Assembly: GCA_023483915.1 (NCBI GenBank)
Contig: JAMDEO010000128.1
Coordinates: forward strand, 1-58,540
DNA: 58,540 nt
Direction of reading: 5' to 3'
Source: Actinomycetota bacterium
Lineage (GTDB): Bacteria; Actinomycetota; Thermoleophilia; RBG-16-64-13
The notes below the pieces were generated by a model. The model did no database searches. It was not told the DNA's origin and saw nothing but the letters and a program-made list of their open reading frames with translations. Shown here piece after piece: positions 44,020-54,032 of this stretch (its first letter is position 1; every line of letters starts with the position of its first letter). A program made the translations under genes and the position numbers.

Positions 44020-44107
44020 GCCGAATTCCCTAAGGGTAATTCGAGGCCGTCCGGACGGGGCGGCAGCCACAGGATGCGCCGCATGTCGACGAGAGGGGAA
44101 TACAGGG

Positions 44108-44416
44108 ATGAAGGACCAGTACGCGTTGTTCGCAGAATTCAAATCACAATTCCCGGAGATTCACGAGAAGAACGAGGCACTGGGAGAATACATACATCAG
44201 CATGGTGGACCGCTCGATGAGAAAACCCGCTGGCTCGTCAAGGTTGGGATATCAGCCGCCAGTCATCACCAAAACGCCGTGAGCACGCATGTTGCGAAGG
44301 CCCGAGAAGCGGGAGCCTCCGAGGAAGAGATACTGCACGCGCTCTTCCTGGTCATACCAACCTGCGGCTTCCCAACCTTCATGGAGGCCTACCGCATCTA
44401 CAAGGACAAGGACTGA
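44108..44416 (+). CDS. Carboxymuconolactone decarboxylase (AhpD-like) family protein
   Basis: LDEKTRWLVKVGISAASHHQNAVSTHVAKAREAGASEEEILHALFLVIPTCGFP. Confidence 0.8.
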   Translation: MKDQYALFAEFKSQFPEIHEKNEALGEYIHQHGGPLDEKTRWLVKVGISAASHHQNAVSTHVAKAREAGASEEEILHALFLVIPTCGFPTFMEAYRIYKDKD

Positions 44417-44446
44417 GCATGAGGCCGGCTGTGCCGGCCCCAGGAT

Positions 44447-45337
44447 TCATTTTGTCTGGTGGTCTTCGCGGCTGAGCGGAACCACCTCGTCGAGGCGCTC
44501 GGGGAGCACCTGGTTGCCGCGCTTGGGGAGCACCTCATTGAGGCTCCCCGACCGGAAGCCCTCCAGATCGAGGCTGACGTACGCGTAGCCCATCTCCTTG
44601 AGCGCCGCAGTGATCTCGGAGCGCAGCGGTTCCGCGGATACCCGGGGAATCTGCTCACTGGGGACCTCTATTCGAGCTACCGGGCCATGGTGTCGCACCC
44701 TGACCACGGGGAAGCCTCGGCTATGCAGCAGTGACTCCGCCCGCGCCACCATTTCGAGCCCCTCGACAGTGATGGCCTGCCCGTACGGGAACCGCGAAGC
44801 CAGGCATGGGGAGGCGGGTTTCTCTGCAGTCGGAAGCCCCAACAGCCGACTTGCCATGCGCACTTCCTCTTTGGTGAATCCCGCCTCTGCCAACGGCCGG
44901 CCGACCGCGGACTCCAGCGCGGCCCGGCTGCCGGGCCGGTAATCGGTGGCGTCGTCGGCGATGGCGCCTTCAAGGATCGTGGCAAGACCCTCCTCCACTC
45001 GGATCTTCTCCAACGCAGCGAAGAGTTGTCGCCGGCAGAAGTAGCATCGTTGCGGCGTGTTCAAGGGGAATTCCGGGATCTCGAAGGGATCGAGATGGAT
45101 CACGCGATGTGGAGAGCCTACCAGCTTGGCCAGATCCTCGGCGGAACGCGCGTCCTCCTCCGACTCGACCGGTCCGAGCGCGGTGACCGCAACAACCCTG
45201 TTCGGGCCCAGGGCGCGAACGGCCAAGGCGAGCAGCAAGCTGGAGTCGACACCCCCGGAAAGGGCGGTAAGCGCGCTGCCCAGCTTGGAGATCCTCTCCT
45301 CGGCCGTGGCGATCTTCTGTTCAAGGGATTGTCCCAT
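44447..45337 (-). CDS. larE: ATP-dependent sacrificial sulfur transferase LarE (PP-loop ATP pyrophosphatase)
   Basis: ORF 44447..45544, with the start moved to ATG 45337 (MGQSLEQKI...). PP-loop ALSGGVDSSLLL, CYFCRR, and ASPCLASRFPYG with the conserved Cys. Confidence 0.85.
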   Translation of the reverse strand: MGQSLEQKIATAEERISKLGSALTALSGGVDSSLLLALAVRALGPNRVVAVTALGPVESEEDARSAEDLAKLVGSPHRVIHLDPFEIPEFPLNTPQRCYFCRRQLFAALEKIRVEEGLATILEGAIADDATDYRPGSRAALESAVGRPLAEAGFTKEEVRMASRLLGLPTAEKPASPCLASRFPYGQAITVEGLEMVARAESLLHSRGFPVVRVRHHGPVARIEVPSEQIPRVSAEPLRSEITAALKEMGYAYVSLDLEGFRSGSLNEVLPKRGNQVLPERLDEVVPLSREDHQTK

Positions 45338-45395
45338 CGTGAACCAACCTTGTGGAGCTTCGCCGGGGATAGTAACACGTGTAAACTGTGCGCCA

Positions 45396-46352
45396 ATGCT
45401 GAGAAGGTATCGCTTTGCTGTCCTGGTATTGGCGCTGGGTGCACTCGGCCTCGCTTTGATGGCCTCGTCCTGTGGCGGCTCTTCTGCTGCTGCGGTGACA
45501 TTGGGCGTTGAGGTCGCTGGGCTGCCATCGACCGCCCAAGCCACTGCCTCGGCGCTGCGTGTGACTTCGGCTCAGACCACGCAGACAGAACCGGCCGCCG
45601 GCATAACAGGTGAGTCGGCAGCGCCGGTTCAGCCTGCGGGTGCCGCGGCCACCGTGTCCGTGGCCCCAGCGGCCACCACTCAGCCCACCGGCGCTGCGGC
45701 CACCGTGTCCGTGGCCCCAGCGACAACGGAGAACCCGGATCAGACGGGAGACGTTAGATCTGCCGCTGCTCCCGCCTTCCAATCCTCTATCCGGCCTATC
45801 AGTGCCGCGCTCCAAGTAAGAATGTTGATGTCCGGCTCGTGGAAGAAGGGCGACCCGATCACCTTCAGTGAGCTGCGGCTGGTCAAAGTGACCTACTGGG
45901 GTTTCGACGACCAAGCGCATGTCGGAAGCCTCGTCGTCCATGTACAGTGGGCAGCAAAGCTCTCCACCGTCTTCCAGAAGCTCTACGAAGCCCGGTTTCC
46001 CATCCGGAGCATGAATCTCATCGATGGGTACGGTGCCTCCGATGGCCGTTCGATGGCCGCCGACAACACCTCCAGCTACAACGGGCGCTTCAGGGGTGGC
46101 TCGAACAGCGTTTGGAGCATGCATGCCTACGGATTGGCCATCGACATTAACCCGGTGGAGAATCCATGGGTCTACAGCGGCGGTTTCAGTCCCGCGGCCG
46201 GCAAGCCCTATGTGAACCGCTCACAGAATGCGAAGGGCATGATCCATGCCGGCGACGTCGTCGTGAAAGCCTTTGCCTCGATCGGGTGGACGTGGGGAGG
46301 GTCTTGGAAGAGTTCCAAGGACTATCAGCACTTCAGTAGCAACGGGGAGTGA
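45396..46352 (+). CDS. M15 family (LAS-type) peptidoglycan metallopeptidase lipoprotein
   Basis: ORF 45057..46352, with the start moved to ATG 45396 (MLRRYRFAVLVLALGALGLALMASSC). Repetitive Ala/Thr/Pro linker, SMHAYGLAIDINP and DYQHFS metal motifs. Confidence 0.8.
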   Translation: MLRRYRFAVLVLALGALGLALMASSCGGSSAAAVTLGVEVAGLPSTAQATASALRVTSAQTTQTEPAAGITGESAAPVQPAGAAATVSVAPAATTQPTGAAATVSVAPATTENPDQTGDVRSAAAPAFQSSIRPISAALQVRMLMSGSWKKGDPITFSELRLVKVTYWGFDDQAHVGSLVVHVQWAAKLSTVFQKLYEARFPIRSMNLIDGYGASDGRSMAADNTSSYNGRFRGGSNSVWSMHAYGLAIDINPVENPWVYSGGFSPAAGKPYVNRSQNAKGMIHAGDVVVKAFASIGWTWGGSWKSSKDYQHFSSNGE

Positions 46353-46382
46353 CGCGCGGGGCGCTGGCCCGCGTGGGGCCGT

Positions 46383-47312
46383 CTACTTGACCGATCCCGC
46401 AAGCAGACCCTGCACGAAGTACCTCTGGAAGGCGAAGAAGACGATCAGCGGCACGATCATCTGCAGGAAAGCAGCCGGGGCTATCACGTCGATGTTCGAA
46501 GCAAACTCCCGCAACTGGTTTCGGATGAAAACGGTCATTGGTGCCGAACTCGTCTGTGCGAAGACCAGCGCCACCAGCAGGTCGTTCCACACCCAGAGGA
46601 ACTGGAAGATGGCGAGCGAAGCGATAGCCGGGGTGCCGAGCGGCATCACCACGCGATAGAACACTTGGAGTTCTCCCGCACCATCCATTCGGGCGGCTTC
46701 GAGGAGATCCGCCGGAATCCCGATGAAGAAGTTCCGCAGCAAGAAGATCGCGAAGGGAAGCCCAAAGGCGACATGGAAAAGGACAACGCCTGGGATGTGA
46801 CCGAACAGCCCCACCTTGCCGTACAAGGTGGCCACAGGGATCAGCGCAACCTGAATCGGCACGACCAGTAACCCAACCACTATCAGAAAAGCCACGTCGC
46901 GTCCGCGGAAGCGTATCCAAGCAAAGGCGTAGGCGGCGAGCGAAGCAACGAGTACCACTATCAGGGTCGTGGGCACGGTTATGAGCACGGTGTTCTTGAA
47001 GGCGGTGAGCATGCCCCCACCGGTGAGGAGGTTGGAATAGGGTTCGATGGTAAGCTGGCTGGGATGGGCAATGCCGTTCCACCACCCGCTCGTGTTGGAC
47101 TCGGCGGCGGTGCGGAAGGATGACACGAGCAGGCCCACTGTTGGGACCAGCCAGATCGCGCCGATGATGAGCATAACCACGGTGACAGGCGCGCGATTGA
47201 GCACGCGTATGACCGTGGCCATTCTCCCGGTACCGTCCCCATGGCGCTCCAGACGTACGGGCTTGCCTGGTCTATCAGAGGTGGGCCTTCTGTTGTCGTC
47301 TTGGCTTGGCAC
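46383..47312 (-). CDS. Carbohydrate ABC transporter permease (MalG-like)
   Basis: EAA-type loop AARMDGAGELQVFYRVVMPLGTPA, six TM helices. Last gene of a four-gene minus-strand operon. ATG 47222 is an alternative start. Confidence 0.88.
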   Translation of the reverse strand: MPSQDDNRRPTSDRPGKPVRLERHGDGTGRMATVIRVLNRAPVTVVMLIIGAIWLVPTVGLLVSSFRTAAESNTSGWWNGIAHPSQLTIEPYSNLLTGGGMLTAFKNTVLITVPTTLIVVLVASLAAYAFAWIRFRGRDVAFLIVVGLLVVPIQVALIPVATLYGKVGLFGHIPGVVLFHVAFGLPFAIFLLRNFFIGIPADLLEAARMDGAGELQVFYRVVMPLGTPAIASLAIFQFLWVWNDLLVALVFAQTSSAPMTVFIRNQLREFASNIDVIAPAAFLQMIVPLIVFFAFQRYFVQGLLAGSVK

Positions 47313-47327
47313 CTTTCTGCTTCCCTA

Positions 47328-48764
47328 TCAGGTCTCGGACCGGAAACGTCTGACGTTAAACGCCATAGCGGGCACGATAAGGATGAATAGGAACACTGCG
47401 AGAGCGCTGCCCAAGCCTTGGTTCAATCCTCCCCCGAATGACACCCTCCACATCTGGAGCGCTATCACATTAGCCTGAGCCTGCGTAGATTCCGGCGGGA
47501 TCACTATTACGAGGTCGAAGATCTTGAGGACGTTGACAACAAGGGTCACCAAGACGACCAGAATGACGGGCATCAGCAGGGGTACTGTCACCTTGCGGAA
47601 GACCTGCCATTCACTAGCTCCGTCGACACGCGCCGCCTCTAGGACGTCCCTGGGGATGGCGGCCAGTCCGGCCGCGATGAGCACCATCGCGAAGCCTGCC
47701 CAGATCCAGATGTAAGCAACGATGATGGATGGGGTTACAAGAGCGGCGCCCAACCAGGAGAAACCTCCGTAAGCCGGACGGAACGCAGAGGAGCCGAGTT
47801 GGACGGCGTACTTCACCCCGGGATCGAGTCCCTCGATGAAGAAGGTGCCATCGAGGGCTGTCTTGGCACTTCCCATGGATTTCCCATTCTGCAGGGCCTC
47901 AACGGCTATCCCCGGCAATCCTCTCTCTCCGGGATCGATTGCGCCGGCCGTTCCTCCTCCGCCGGGCTTGAAATCCAGCCAGACCGTGCCGGCCAGAGCC
48001 CCTGGCTGGGCCTGCGCGGGCCTGGCCTGGACCGCATTGCTGGGCACGAGCGAGGGCCTGATTCCCACTAGTCCTAACAAGACGGTGGTGTCCGCTGCAT
48101 GTGAAGAGGCGGTATCGAAGGCGTAGCCCTGAGCCTTGAGTAGTTGAGGCTGCGACGGTGTGGCATTCGGGTATTGCCCGGGTGGCCGGAAGACGTCGAC
48201 AATGGCCGATATGCCTGCGTTGGCCAGTCCGATATGAGGGTCCTGCTCGTAGACCAACCTCCAGATCACACCGGCGGAAAGAAAAGAGATGGCCATCGGC
48301 ATGAAGATGACGATCTTGAATGCAGTCCTGAGTTTGACGCGTTCGGTGACCACGGCAAAGACCAGCCCTATCAGGGTTGCCAGCGTTGGGGCAACCGCGA
48401 CCCAGATCGCATTGTTCTTGATCGCCGTGAGGGTTGTGGGATCGGTGAACATGGCTTTGTAGTTGTGGAAGCCGACAAATCCTTGCCCGGGTGTGCCGTA
48501 GAGGCTGCGAACGACGCTGAAGAAGATGGGATAGACAACGAGCACTCCAAGAAAGACAAGCGCCGGGATCAGAAAGAGCAGGGCTATCGTCCAGCGGGAG
48601 GGCCGCCAGCCGCGGAGGCGCGTGCGACCCAGGGTCGCAACGGCGCCTCCGGCGGTCGCCAACCAGCCGGCGCCGGCCGGCGCAGCCCCGACGGGGCCCG
48701 GCTGTTCGCCGTTCCCGCCGCGACCTTGCCGGCCGTTTCCGTCATCTTTCGCTGGTTCAGACAC
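47328..48764 (-). CDS. Carbohydrate ABC transporter permease (MalF-like) with a ~150-aa extracytoplasmic insertion
   Basis: EAARVDGASEWQVFRKVTVPLLMP EAA loop. The insertion spans aa ~185-335 and contains GTVWLDFKPGGGGTAGAIDPGERGLPGIAVEALQNGKSMGSAKTALDGTFFIEGLDPGVKYAVQL. Confidence 0.88.
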   Translation of the reverse strand: MSEPAKDDGNGRQGRGGNGEQPGPVGAAPAGAGWLATAGGAVATLGRTRLRGWRPSRWTIALLFLIPALVFLGVLVVYPIFFSVVRSLYGTPGQGFVGFHNYKAMFTDPTTLTAIKNNAIWVAVAPTLATLIGLVFAVVTERVKLRTAFKIVIFMPMAISFLSAGVIWRLVYEQDPHIGLANAGISAIVDVFRPPGQYPNATPSQPQLLKAQGYAFDTASSHAADTTVLLGLVGIRPSLVPSNAVQARPAQAQPGALAGTVWLDFKPGGGGTAGAIDPGERGLPGIAVEALQNGKSMGSAKTALDGTFFIEGLDPGVKYAVQLGSSAFRPAYGGFSWLGAALVTPSIIVAYIWIWAGFAMVLIAAGLAAIPRDVLEAARVDGASEWQVFRKVTVPLLMPVILVVLVTLVVNVLKIFDLVIVIPPESTQAQANVIALQMWRVSFGGGLNQGLGSALAVFLFILIVPAMAFNVRRFRSET

Positions 48765-48782
48765 CGGCGTTCGCTCAAACGT

Positions 48783-50213
48783 TCATGATCCGAAGGCGGC
48801 CTTTGCGGCGCTCTCTAGTTGCTGCTGGATGCTGTTCAGGTTGCCTGGATTGGCCAGGAAGTCCTGCAGAAGCTTCCATTCTCCCTGGCTAGGCGTGCCG
48901 CCAAAGGCCGGCGGCATTTGGTCGGACATATCGAACACCGCGGAGCTTGCCTTCTGCATCTCCTCAGCGGCCTTCGCAAGTATCGGATCGGGATAGTCAG
49001 ACAGAGGCACGCCGCTATTGGGCGACGTGAACCCTCCCTGCTTGACCCAGATATCAGACGCGTCCGGCGTGGCGATGAACTGTATGAAGGCTTTGCCGGC
49101 AGCACTGTCCTTGAGCAGAACGGCGGTGTCACCACCGGCCATCACCGCGGGTGCCGAACCGTTGATCGACGGGAAGGGGAACCAATCGGCATCGGTGCCC
49201 AGCTTCGCTTTGGTTTGGCTGGTGATCACCCCTGCTACAAAGTCTCCCTCGTAGACCATCGCAGCCTTTTGTGGGGACCCGAACACCTGGACTACAGACT
49301 GTGGGAAGGTGACCTGAAGCGCTCCGCTGTTGCCGCCGGCAACCCAGCTCGACTGGCTAAAGATCTGGGCGAGATCCTGTAGAGCCGTGGTCACGCTGGG
49401 GTCGGTCCAGGGAATAGCGTGGGTGGCCAACTTCTGGTACATATCCGCACCGGCTGTTCGCAGATATATGTTCTCGAACCAGTCGGTGAGCGTCCAGCCG
49501 TCTCCTCCTCCGATCGAGAATGGAGTAATGCCGGAGCTGGAGATCGTTCCAGCGGCGCTGATTAGATCATCCCAAGTTGCGATTGGCACGGTGACGCCGG
49601 CATTCTTGAGGGCCTCTATGCTGTACCAGAACGTCGATTTGTTTGCCAGCTTGTAGACCAATCCGTACATGGTCCCATTGATGGTCCCCAGATCTATCCA
49701 CCCTTTGGAGTAGTACTGGCTGGCTGCCCCTGATACCAGATCGCCGATCGGTTGCAGGGCGTTCTGCTGGACCAGCGCGGCCATCAGTCCCGGCTGCGGT
49801 ACGAAGGCCACATCCGGCGGGTTGCCGCCGGCGATTCTCGTGCCCAAAATCGTGGCGATGTCGTTGCCGGTCGACGTGAACGTGACTTTGGCATGCGTCG
49901 CCGCGGTGAAGGCATCAATGACCTTCTGGAAAGCGTCCTGCTCTCCCGACGACCAAACCGCTGCTATCTCCATCGACTGCCCGGTTAGGTCGGGAAGGCT
50001 GGCCGTGGTTGTGGAGGTGGCCCCACCGGTTGTGCTGGTGGCCGCCTCAGTTGATGAGGTGGTCGCGCTCGTCACTGTGGTCGCGGGCGCGCTCGTGGTT
50101 GTGGTAGCTCCACCACCGCATCCAGCGAAGATCAAACCGACTACCGCGAGCACTCCCATCACTAATATGAATTTCTTATGCTTCATTACCCCTCTTTTCA
50201 TTTGTGACCTCAT
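48783..50213 (-). CDS. Carbohydrate ABC transporter substrate-binding lipoprotein (family 1)
   Basis: Signal plus lipobox (FILVMGVLAVVGLIFAGC) and a Thr/Ser linker, followed by a family-1 SBP fold. ATG 50201 or 50186 are likelier starts than 50213. Confidence 0.85.
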   Translation of the reverse strand: MRSQMKRGVMKHKKFILVMGVLAVVGLIFAGCGGGATTTTSAPATTVTSATTSSTEAATSTTGGATSTTTASLPDLTGQSMEIAAVWSSGEQDAFQKVIDAFTAATHAKVTFTSTGNDIATILGTRIAGGNPPDVAFVPQPGLMAALVQQNALQPIGDLVSGAASQYYSKGWIDLGTINGTMYGLVYKLANKSTFWYSIEALKNAGVTVPIATWDDLISAAGTISSSGITPFSIGGGDGWTLTDWFENIYLRTAGADMYQKLATHAIPWTDPSVTTALQDLAQIFSQSSWVAGGNSGALQVTFPQSVVQVFGSPQKAAMVYEGDFVAGVITSQTKAKLGTDADWFPFPSINGSAPAVMAGGDTAVLLKDSAAGKAFIQFIATPDASDIWVKQGGFTSPNSGVPLSDYPDPILAKAAEEMQKASSAVFDMSDQMPPAFGGTPSQGEWKLLQDFLANPGNLNSIQQQLESAAKAAFGS

Positions 50214-50234
50214 CCCAGCACGTGGGCATCCGCA

Positions 50235-51443
50235 TCAGTGATAGATGCCGAGCCCCGTGTCAGGATCGAAGAAGTGAAAACGCGTGGAATCCGCCACAAG
50301 TTCTATCGATCCTCCTTTCTGCGCCGTGGTTTTGGGATTGAGCGATGCAGTGAAGACACTGCGACCCACTCGGGCTTGTTTCTCCAAGTTCTCGAGGTGT
50401 TCGGCACCTACATCCACCGCGAGTTCTTTGACATCCTCGGTAAGTACGACGGGAGCCTCCACTTCGAAGTGGACGAGGACCTCCGAACCCAGGGCCTCCA
50501 ACAACGAGACTTTGGCCGCAAGCTTCTGGTCCGCCGGAGCCTGGGGAACAAGGGAGGCGTCCTCCATGTCTTCGGGCCTAATCCCGAGAACTACGTTTCT
50601 GCCCACGAAGCTTCGAAGAGCGGGACGATGATCTACAACCGCAGCCGGCACTCGCAGGTCGTGACCGCCGAAGGAGACTTTGAGGTCGCCATCGAAGGCA
50701 GACAGCTTGGCTTCGGCCATGTTCATGGCAGGCGAGCCGATGAAGCCCGCTACAAAGATGTTCACCGGATGCTCGTACAGTTCTTGAGGGCCGGCGACCT
50801 GCTGCAATATCCCCTTCTTGATCACCGCCACCCGGTTGCCCAGGGTCATCGCCTCGACTTGGTCGTGCGTGACATAGATCGTCGTCACACCCAGGTGACT
50901 CTGGATTCGGCTGATCTCCGCCCGCATCTGCACGCGCAGTTTGGCGTCCAGGTTCGAAAGGGGCTCGTCCATCAAGAACGCCTGGGGCTCCCGCACTATT
51001 GCCCGCCCCATTGCTACTCTCTGCCGTTGGCCGCCCGAGAGGTTCCGGGGCTTTCTGTCCAGTAGTTGATCTAGCCCGAGGATCTGAGCCGCTTCCTTGA
51101 CCCGCCGCTTGATCTCGGCCTTATCGGCCTTCTTGAGCTTGAGGGAGAAGGCCATGTTGTTGAACACCGTTAGGTGGGGGTAGAGGGCGTAGTTCTGAAA
51201 GACCATCGCCACATCGCGGTCCTTGGGGGACAGCTTATTGACGACCCGAGGGCCGATGCGAACCACGCCCGATGAGATCTCTTCCAAGCCGGCAACCATG
51301 CGTAGGGCTGTCGTCTTGCCGCACCCCGAGGGTCCGACCAAGACCATGAACTCTCCATCCTCGATGCCGAGGTTCAGGTCCGACACCGCCACAGTGCCGT
51401 CCGGAAACACCTTCGTCAGGCCCTCGAGTGTAATGCTGGCCAC
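50235..51443 (-). CDS. Carbohydrate ABC transporter ATP-binding protein (MalK/MsiK/UgpC-like)
   Basis: ORF 50235..51467, with the start moved to GTG 51443 (RBS gagggaag). Walker A GPSGCGKTT, LSGGQRQRVAMGRA, FLMDEPLSNLD, and a TOBE-like C-terminus. Confidence 0.92.
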   Translation of the reverse strand: MASITLEGLTKVFPDGTVAVSDLNLGIEDGEFMVLVGPSGCGKTTALRMVAGLEEISSGVVRIGPRVVNKLSPKDRDVAMVFQNYALYPHLTVFNNMAFSLKLKKADKAEIKRRVKEAAQILGLDQLLDRKPRNLSGGQRQRVAMGRAIVREPQAFLMDEPLSNLDAKLRVQMRAEISRIQSHLGVTTIYVTHDQVEAMTLGNRVAVIKKGILQQVAGPQELYEHPVNIFVAGFIGSPAMNMAEAKLSAFDGDLKVSFGGHDLRVPAAVVDHRPALRSFVGRNVVLGIRPEDMEDASLVPQAPADQKLAAKVSLLEALGSEVLVHFEVEAPVVLTEDVKELAVDVGAEHLENLEKQARVGRSVFTASLNPKTTAQKGGSIELVADSTRFHFFDPDTGLGIYH

Positions 51444-51642
51444 TTGGCTTCCCTCGCAAGAACGCACCCTCCTGACCCGCTATTCCCCGCGAAGGCCAAC
51501 GTTTAACCGTGGGTTAACGGCTGACAGACTCATCCCCGGACGGTCGATCTCTAAAGACCTGCCTGGCGATTTCCGACAAAACGGACAAGGGGTCCATTTG
51601 GAACAGGTTGCGGGACAGATCAGTGAAAGGCTATTCCGAGGG

Positions 51643-53028
51643 GTGCGGACAATCTCTCGCAGGACATTCAGGCTTCTCATCGTCGGTGCGGTTGCGCTGG
51701 TCTTATCGGTTCTCTTCTGCCTGAACGGGCAGACGTTCGCCGCCGATCAGTGGACGGATATCACCGACGCAGCCTGGAAAGACAATTACGGCCTCGCGCC
51801 CGAGCAGGTGGCCACCGTTGCCGAGGGGTACAGCGACGGCACCTTCCACCCGGCCTCGCCTGTCATCCGCGCTCAGTTCGCCAAGATGTCGGTGTCGGCT
51901 TTTTGCCTGCAGACGGCCAGTCCCCCGACGCCGACCTTCACTGATGTGCCACCGGAGAGCTTCTACTATCCGTGGGTGGAGGGCGGCGTGGCGGCGTCGA
52001 TAATCGCCGAGTCAGGCACGTACAAGCCCTTCAATCAGACAACGCGAGCCGATGCCTCTCTCGTTGTCGCGGCCTACCTCAGCAAGAAGGAGATCTCGAC
52101 GGCCGGCAAGATCGTGGGCAGAGTCGCCACCTATAGCTCTCTTGCCGCTTGGTACAAGGCCGAGGGCGCTTCGGTTCTCAAGTACTACAAGGACAAAGAC
52201 GGGCTGTCCGAGCAGGCAGCGCCCTCTGTGGCCTACCTTGCCTACCGCAAAGTGGTCCAAGGCTTGGCCAGGAGTGGTCGCCTCTACCTCGATTCCGGCT
52301 CTGTTCTCACCCGAGCCCAAGCAGTGGCCTTCATCATCCGCGCCAAGAGCGCCGGCTTTGACTCAGTGGTCAAAACCGCCCCCAAAGTCACTGCTGTGGG
52401 GCCTACAAGAGGATTGGAGGCCGGAGGGAACGCGGTCGTTATCATCGGATCCGGATTTTGGGGAGCAAAGTCGGTCTCCTTCGGCCGAACTGCCGTTTCT
52501 TCCGAAGATTTCTCTATTGACAGCCAGAGTCAGATCACCGTGCGAAAAGCACCGGCGGGGTCGGGAATCGTGGACGTCGTTGTCACGACAGGACTCGGGC
52601 GCAGTAGCACCGGATCTCAAGACAAGTACAGCTACGTGCCTGACCTGGCCGGCGGCGACCTCGCCGTCGCCGAAGCTGTCCAACATGTCGGCGTGCCTTA
52701 CGTGTGGGCGGGGGATGGCCCCTACGGTTTCGATTGCTCAGGTCTCGTCATGTACGTGTACGCGAAACTTGGAATCAGACTACCCCACAGTTCAGCGGCG
52801 CAGTCAACCATGGGTACACCGGTTGCCCGTGACCAGCTTCAGCCGGGGGACCTAGTTTTCTTCTACAATCCGGTGCATCACGTAGGAATCTACATCGGGG
52901 CCGGCAACATGATCGATGCCCCGGGCACGGGCTCTTTCGTACGGATCGAGAAGGTCTGGACGAGCAGCTATACGGGGGCTCGTGATGTACTGTCGCCTCC
53001 GCCGGTCGCGTTGCCTCAGACGCCGTAG
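51643..53028 (+). CDS. Cell-wall-anchored NlpC/P60 (C40) peptidoglycan endopeptidase with SLH and IPT/TIG domains
   Basis: ORF 51223..53028. The upstream part is antisense to the ATPase gene, so the likely start is GTG 51643 (alternative TTG 51598). Signal peptide, SLH-like blocks (FTDVPPESFYYPWVEG), an IPT-like segment (VTAVGPTRGLEAGGNAVVIIGSGF), then GVPYVWAGDGPYGFDCSGLVMYVY...HHVGIYIG. Confidence 0.8.
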   Translation: MRTISRRTFRLLIVGAVALVLSVLFCLNGQTFAADQWTDITDAAWKDNYGLAPEQVATVAEGYSDGTFHPASPVIRAQFAKMSVSAFCLQTASPPTPTFTDVPPESFYYPWVEGGVAASIIAESGTYKPFNQTTRADASLVVAAYLSKKEISTAGKIVGRVATYSSLAAWYKAEGASVLKYYKDKDGLSEQAAPSVAYLAYRKVVQGLARSGRLYLDSGSVLTRAQAVAFIIRAKSAGFDSVVKTAPKVTAVGPTRGLEAGGNAVVIIGSGFWGAKSVSFGRTAVSSEDFSIDSQSQITVRKAPAGSGIVDVVVTTGLGRSSTGSQDKYSYVPDLAGGDLAVAEAVQHVGVPYVWAGDGPYGFDCSGLVMYVYAKLGIRLPHSSAAQSTMGTPVARDQLQPGDLVFFYNPVHHVGIYIGAGNMIDAPGTGSFVRIEKVWTSSYTGARDVLSPPPVALPQTP

Positions 53029-53115
53029 CCCAGAACCCACTTTCTCATCCGCGGGTGCTAGTGTTTGACCATTCGCGCCGCCGGGCATCCGCGGTGGCGG
53101 AAGGGTCGGCCTATC

Positions 53116-53877
53116 ATGGAGAGGGGGAGGACGTTGTCCGATTCTGAGTTCTGGTCACACTGGGCTTGGCCGCTTGCGACGGGTTGCCTTGGCCTTACCT
53201 TCACCGTTTTGGTTGGCTGGCAATGGTGGCGGCGCCGGCGCCCGCACCAGGCTGCCTGGACCGCGGGGATGTTTCTATACACGGCGGCGGCCATCATGGA
53301 GGCGTGGTCGGAATACTCCGACTCCTGGAACCCGACCGTGTATCGCATGTACATCGTGCTGGCGGCATCGCTGGTTGGATTCCTTGGGCTGGGTACGCTT
53401 TACCTCGCGGCAAGGCGGCGGATATGGGGCCACGCATACCTTGTCTTCATATTGCTGTGCATGGCCGCCTTTTTTGTCGGTGTTTTCACCGTGACTCTGG
53501 ATTCGAGCAAGCTTGTCCCCGGCATCACTGTCGGAGGGCAAGGACTTGGCCCCAGCTTGTCTTTCCCCCGAGTCATGTCTCTGCCCTTGAATATCACGGG
53601 ATCGCTATTCCTGTTCGGCGGAGCCCTGTACTCGATTTGGCGGTTCCTGCGCAGACGTGAGTTTGCCTACCGCGTATGGGCCAACGTGCTTATCGCTTTG
53701 GGCGCCGGTCTTCTTGCCTTTGTTGGATCGCGCGCCCGCATCGGTAGCACGGCCGGGCTCTATCCGGCCGAGATGGCCGGTGCAGCTCTGATGTTGGCGG
53801 GCTTCCTGCTGGCCGGGACCCTGGAAAAGGGCCGGCGGGTGGCCCGGGCGCGTCGGAAGGACTCGGTCGGAGGGTGA
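53116..53877 (+). CDS. Hypothetical polytopic membrane protein
   Basis: ORF 53065..53877 with ATG 53116. About 6-7 hydrophobic helices and no recognisable family motif. Confidence 0.55.
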   Translation: MERGRTLSDSEFWSHWAWPLATGCLGLTFTVLVGWQWWRRRRPHQAAWTAGMFLYTAAAIMEAWSEYSDSWNPTVYRMYIVLAASLVGFLGLGTLYLAARRRIWGHAYLVFILLCMAAFFVGVFTVTLDSSKLVPGITVGGQGLGPSLSFPRVMSLPLNITGSLFLFGGALYSIWRFLRRREFAYRVWANVLIALGAGLLAFVGSRARIGSTAGLYPAEMAGAALMLAGFLLAGTLEKGRRVARARRKDSVGG

Positions 53878-54032
53878 ACTGTTCCGACGCCGGGTCTGTC
53901 CAGCTCGTTGACAGCCTTCTCAGGGCGATGCTAAGTTGACGCTCAGTAGGAAGAAACGGCGCTTCGCGATGCAGGACATCGTTTGGGCGCCTTTTTTTGC
54001 AGCCCGGGGACTGAAGAGAAAGGAGCACGGCG

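Noticed and set aside
44461-44545. Three imperfect ~23-nt repeats (GGGGAGCACCT core) at the 3' end of larE, encoding xEVLP-like repeats
   Set aside because: The repeats are degenerate and in frame within a short C-terminal tail beyond the conserved LarE domain. This is most simply explained as local duplication in a non-conserved tail.
45057-45395. Upstream extensions of ORF 45057..46352, and likewise of 51223..53028 and 44447..45544
   Set aside because: Each extension is antisense to a well-supported neighbouring gene (larE, the ABC ATPase, the M15 peptidase). Internal starts give proper signal peptides or N-termini.
45645-45722. 27-nt direct repeat GCGGCCACCGTGTCCGTGGCCCCAGCG occurring twice, 51 nt apart
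   Set aside because: It lies inside the coding linker of the M15 lipoprotein and encodes the duplicated peptide AATVSVAPA. It is low-complexity linker expansion, not a CRISPR-like or regulatory repeat.
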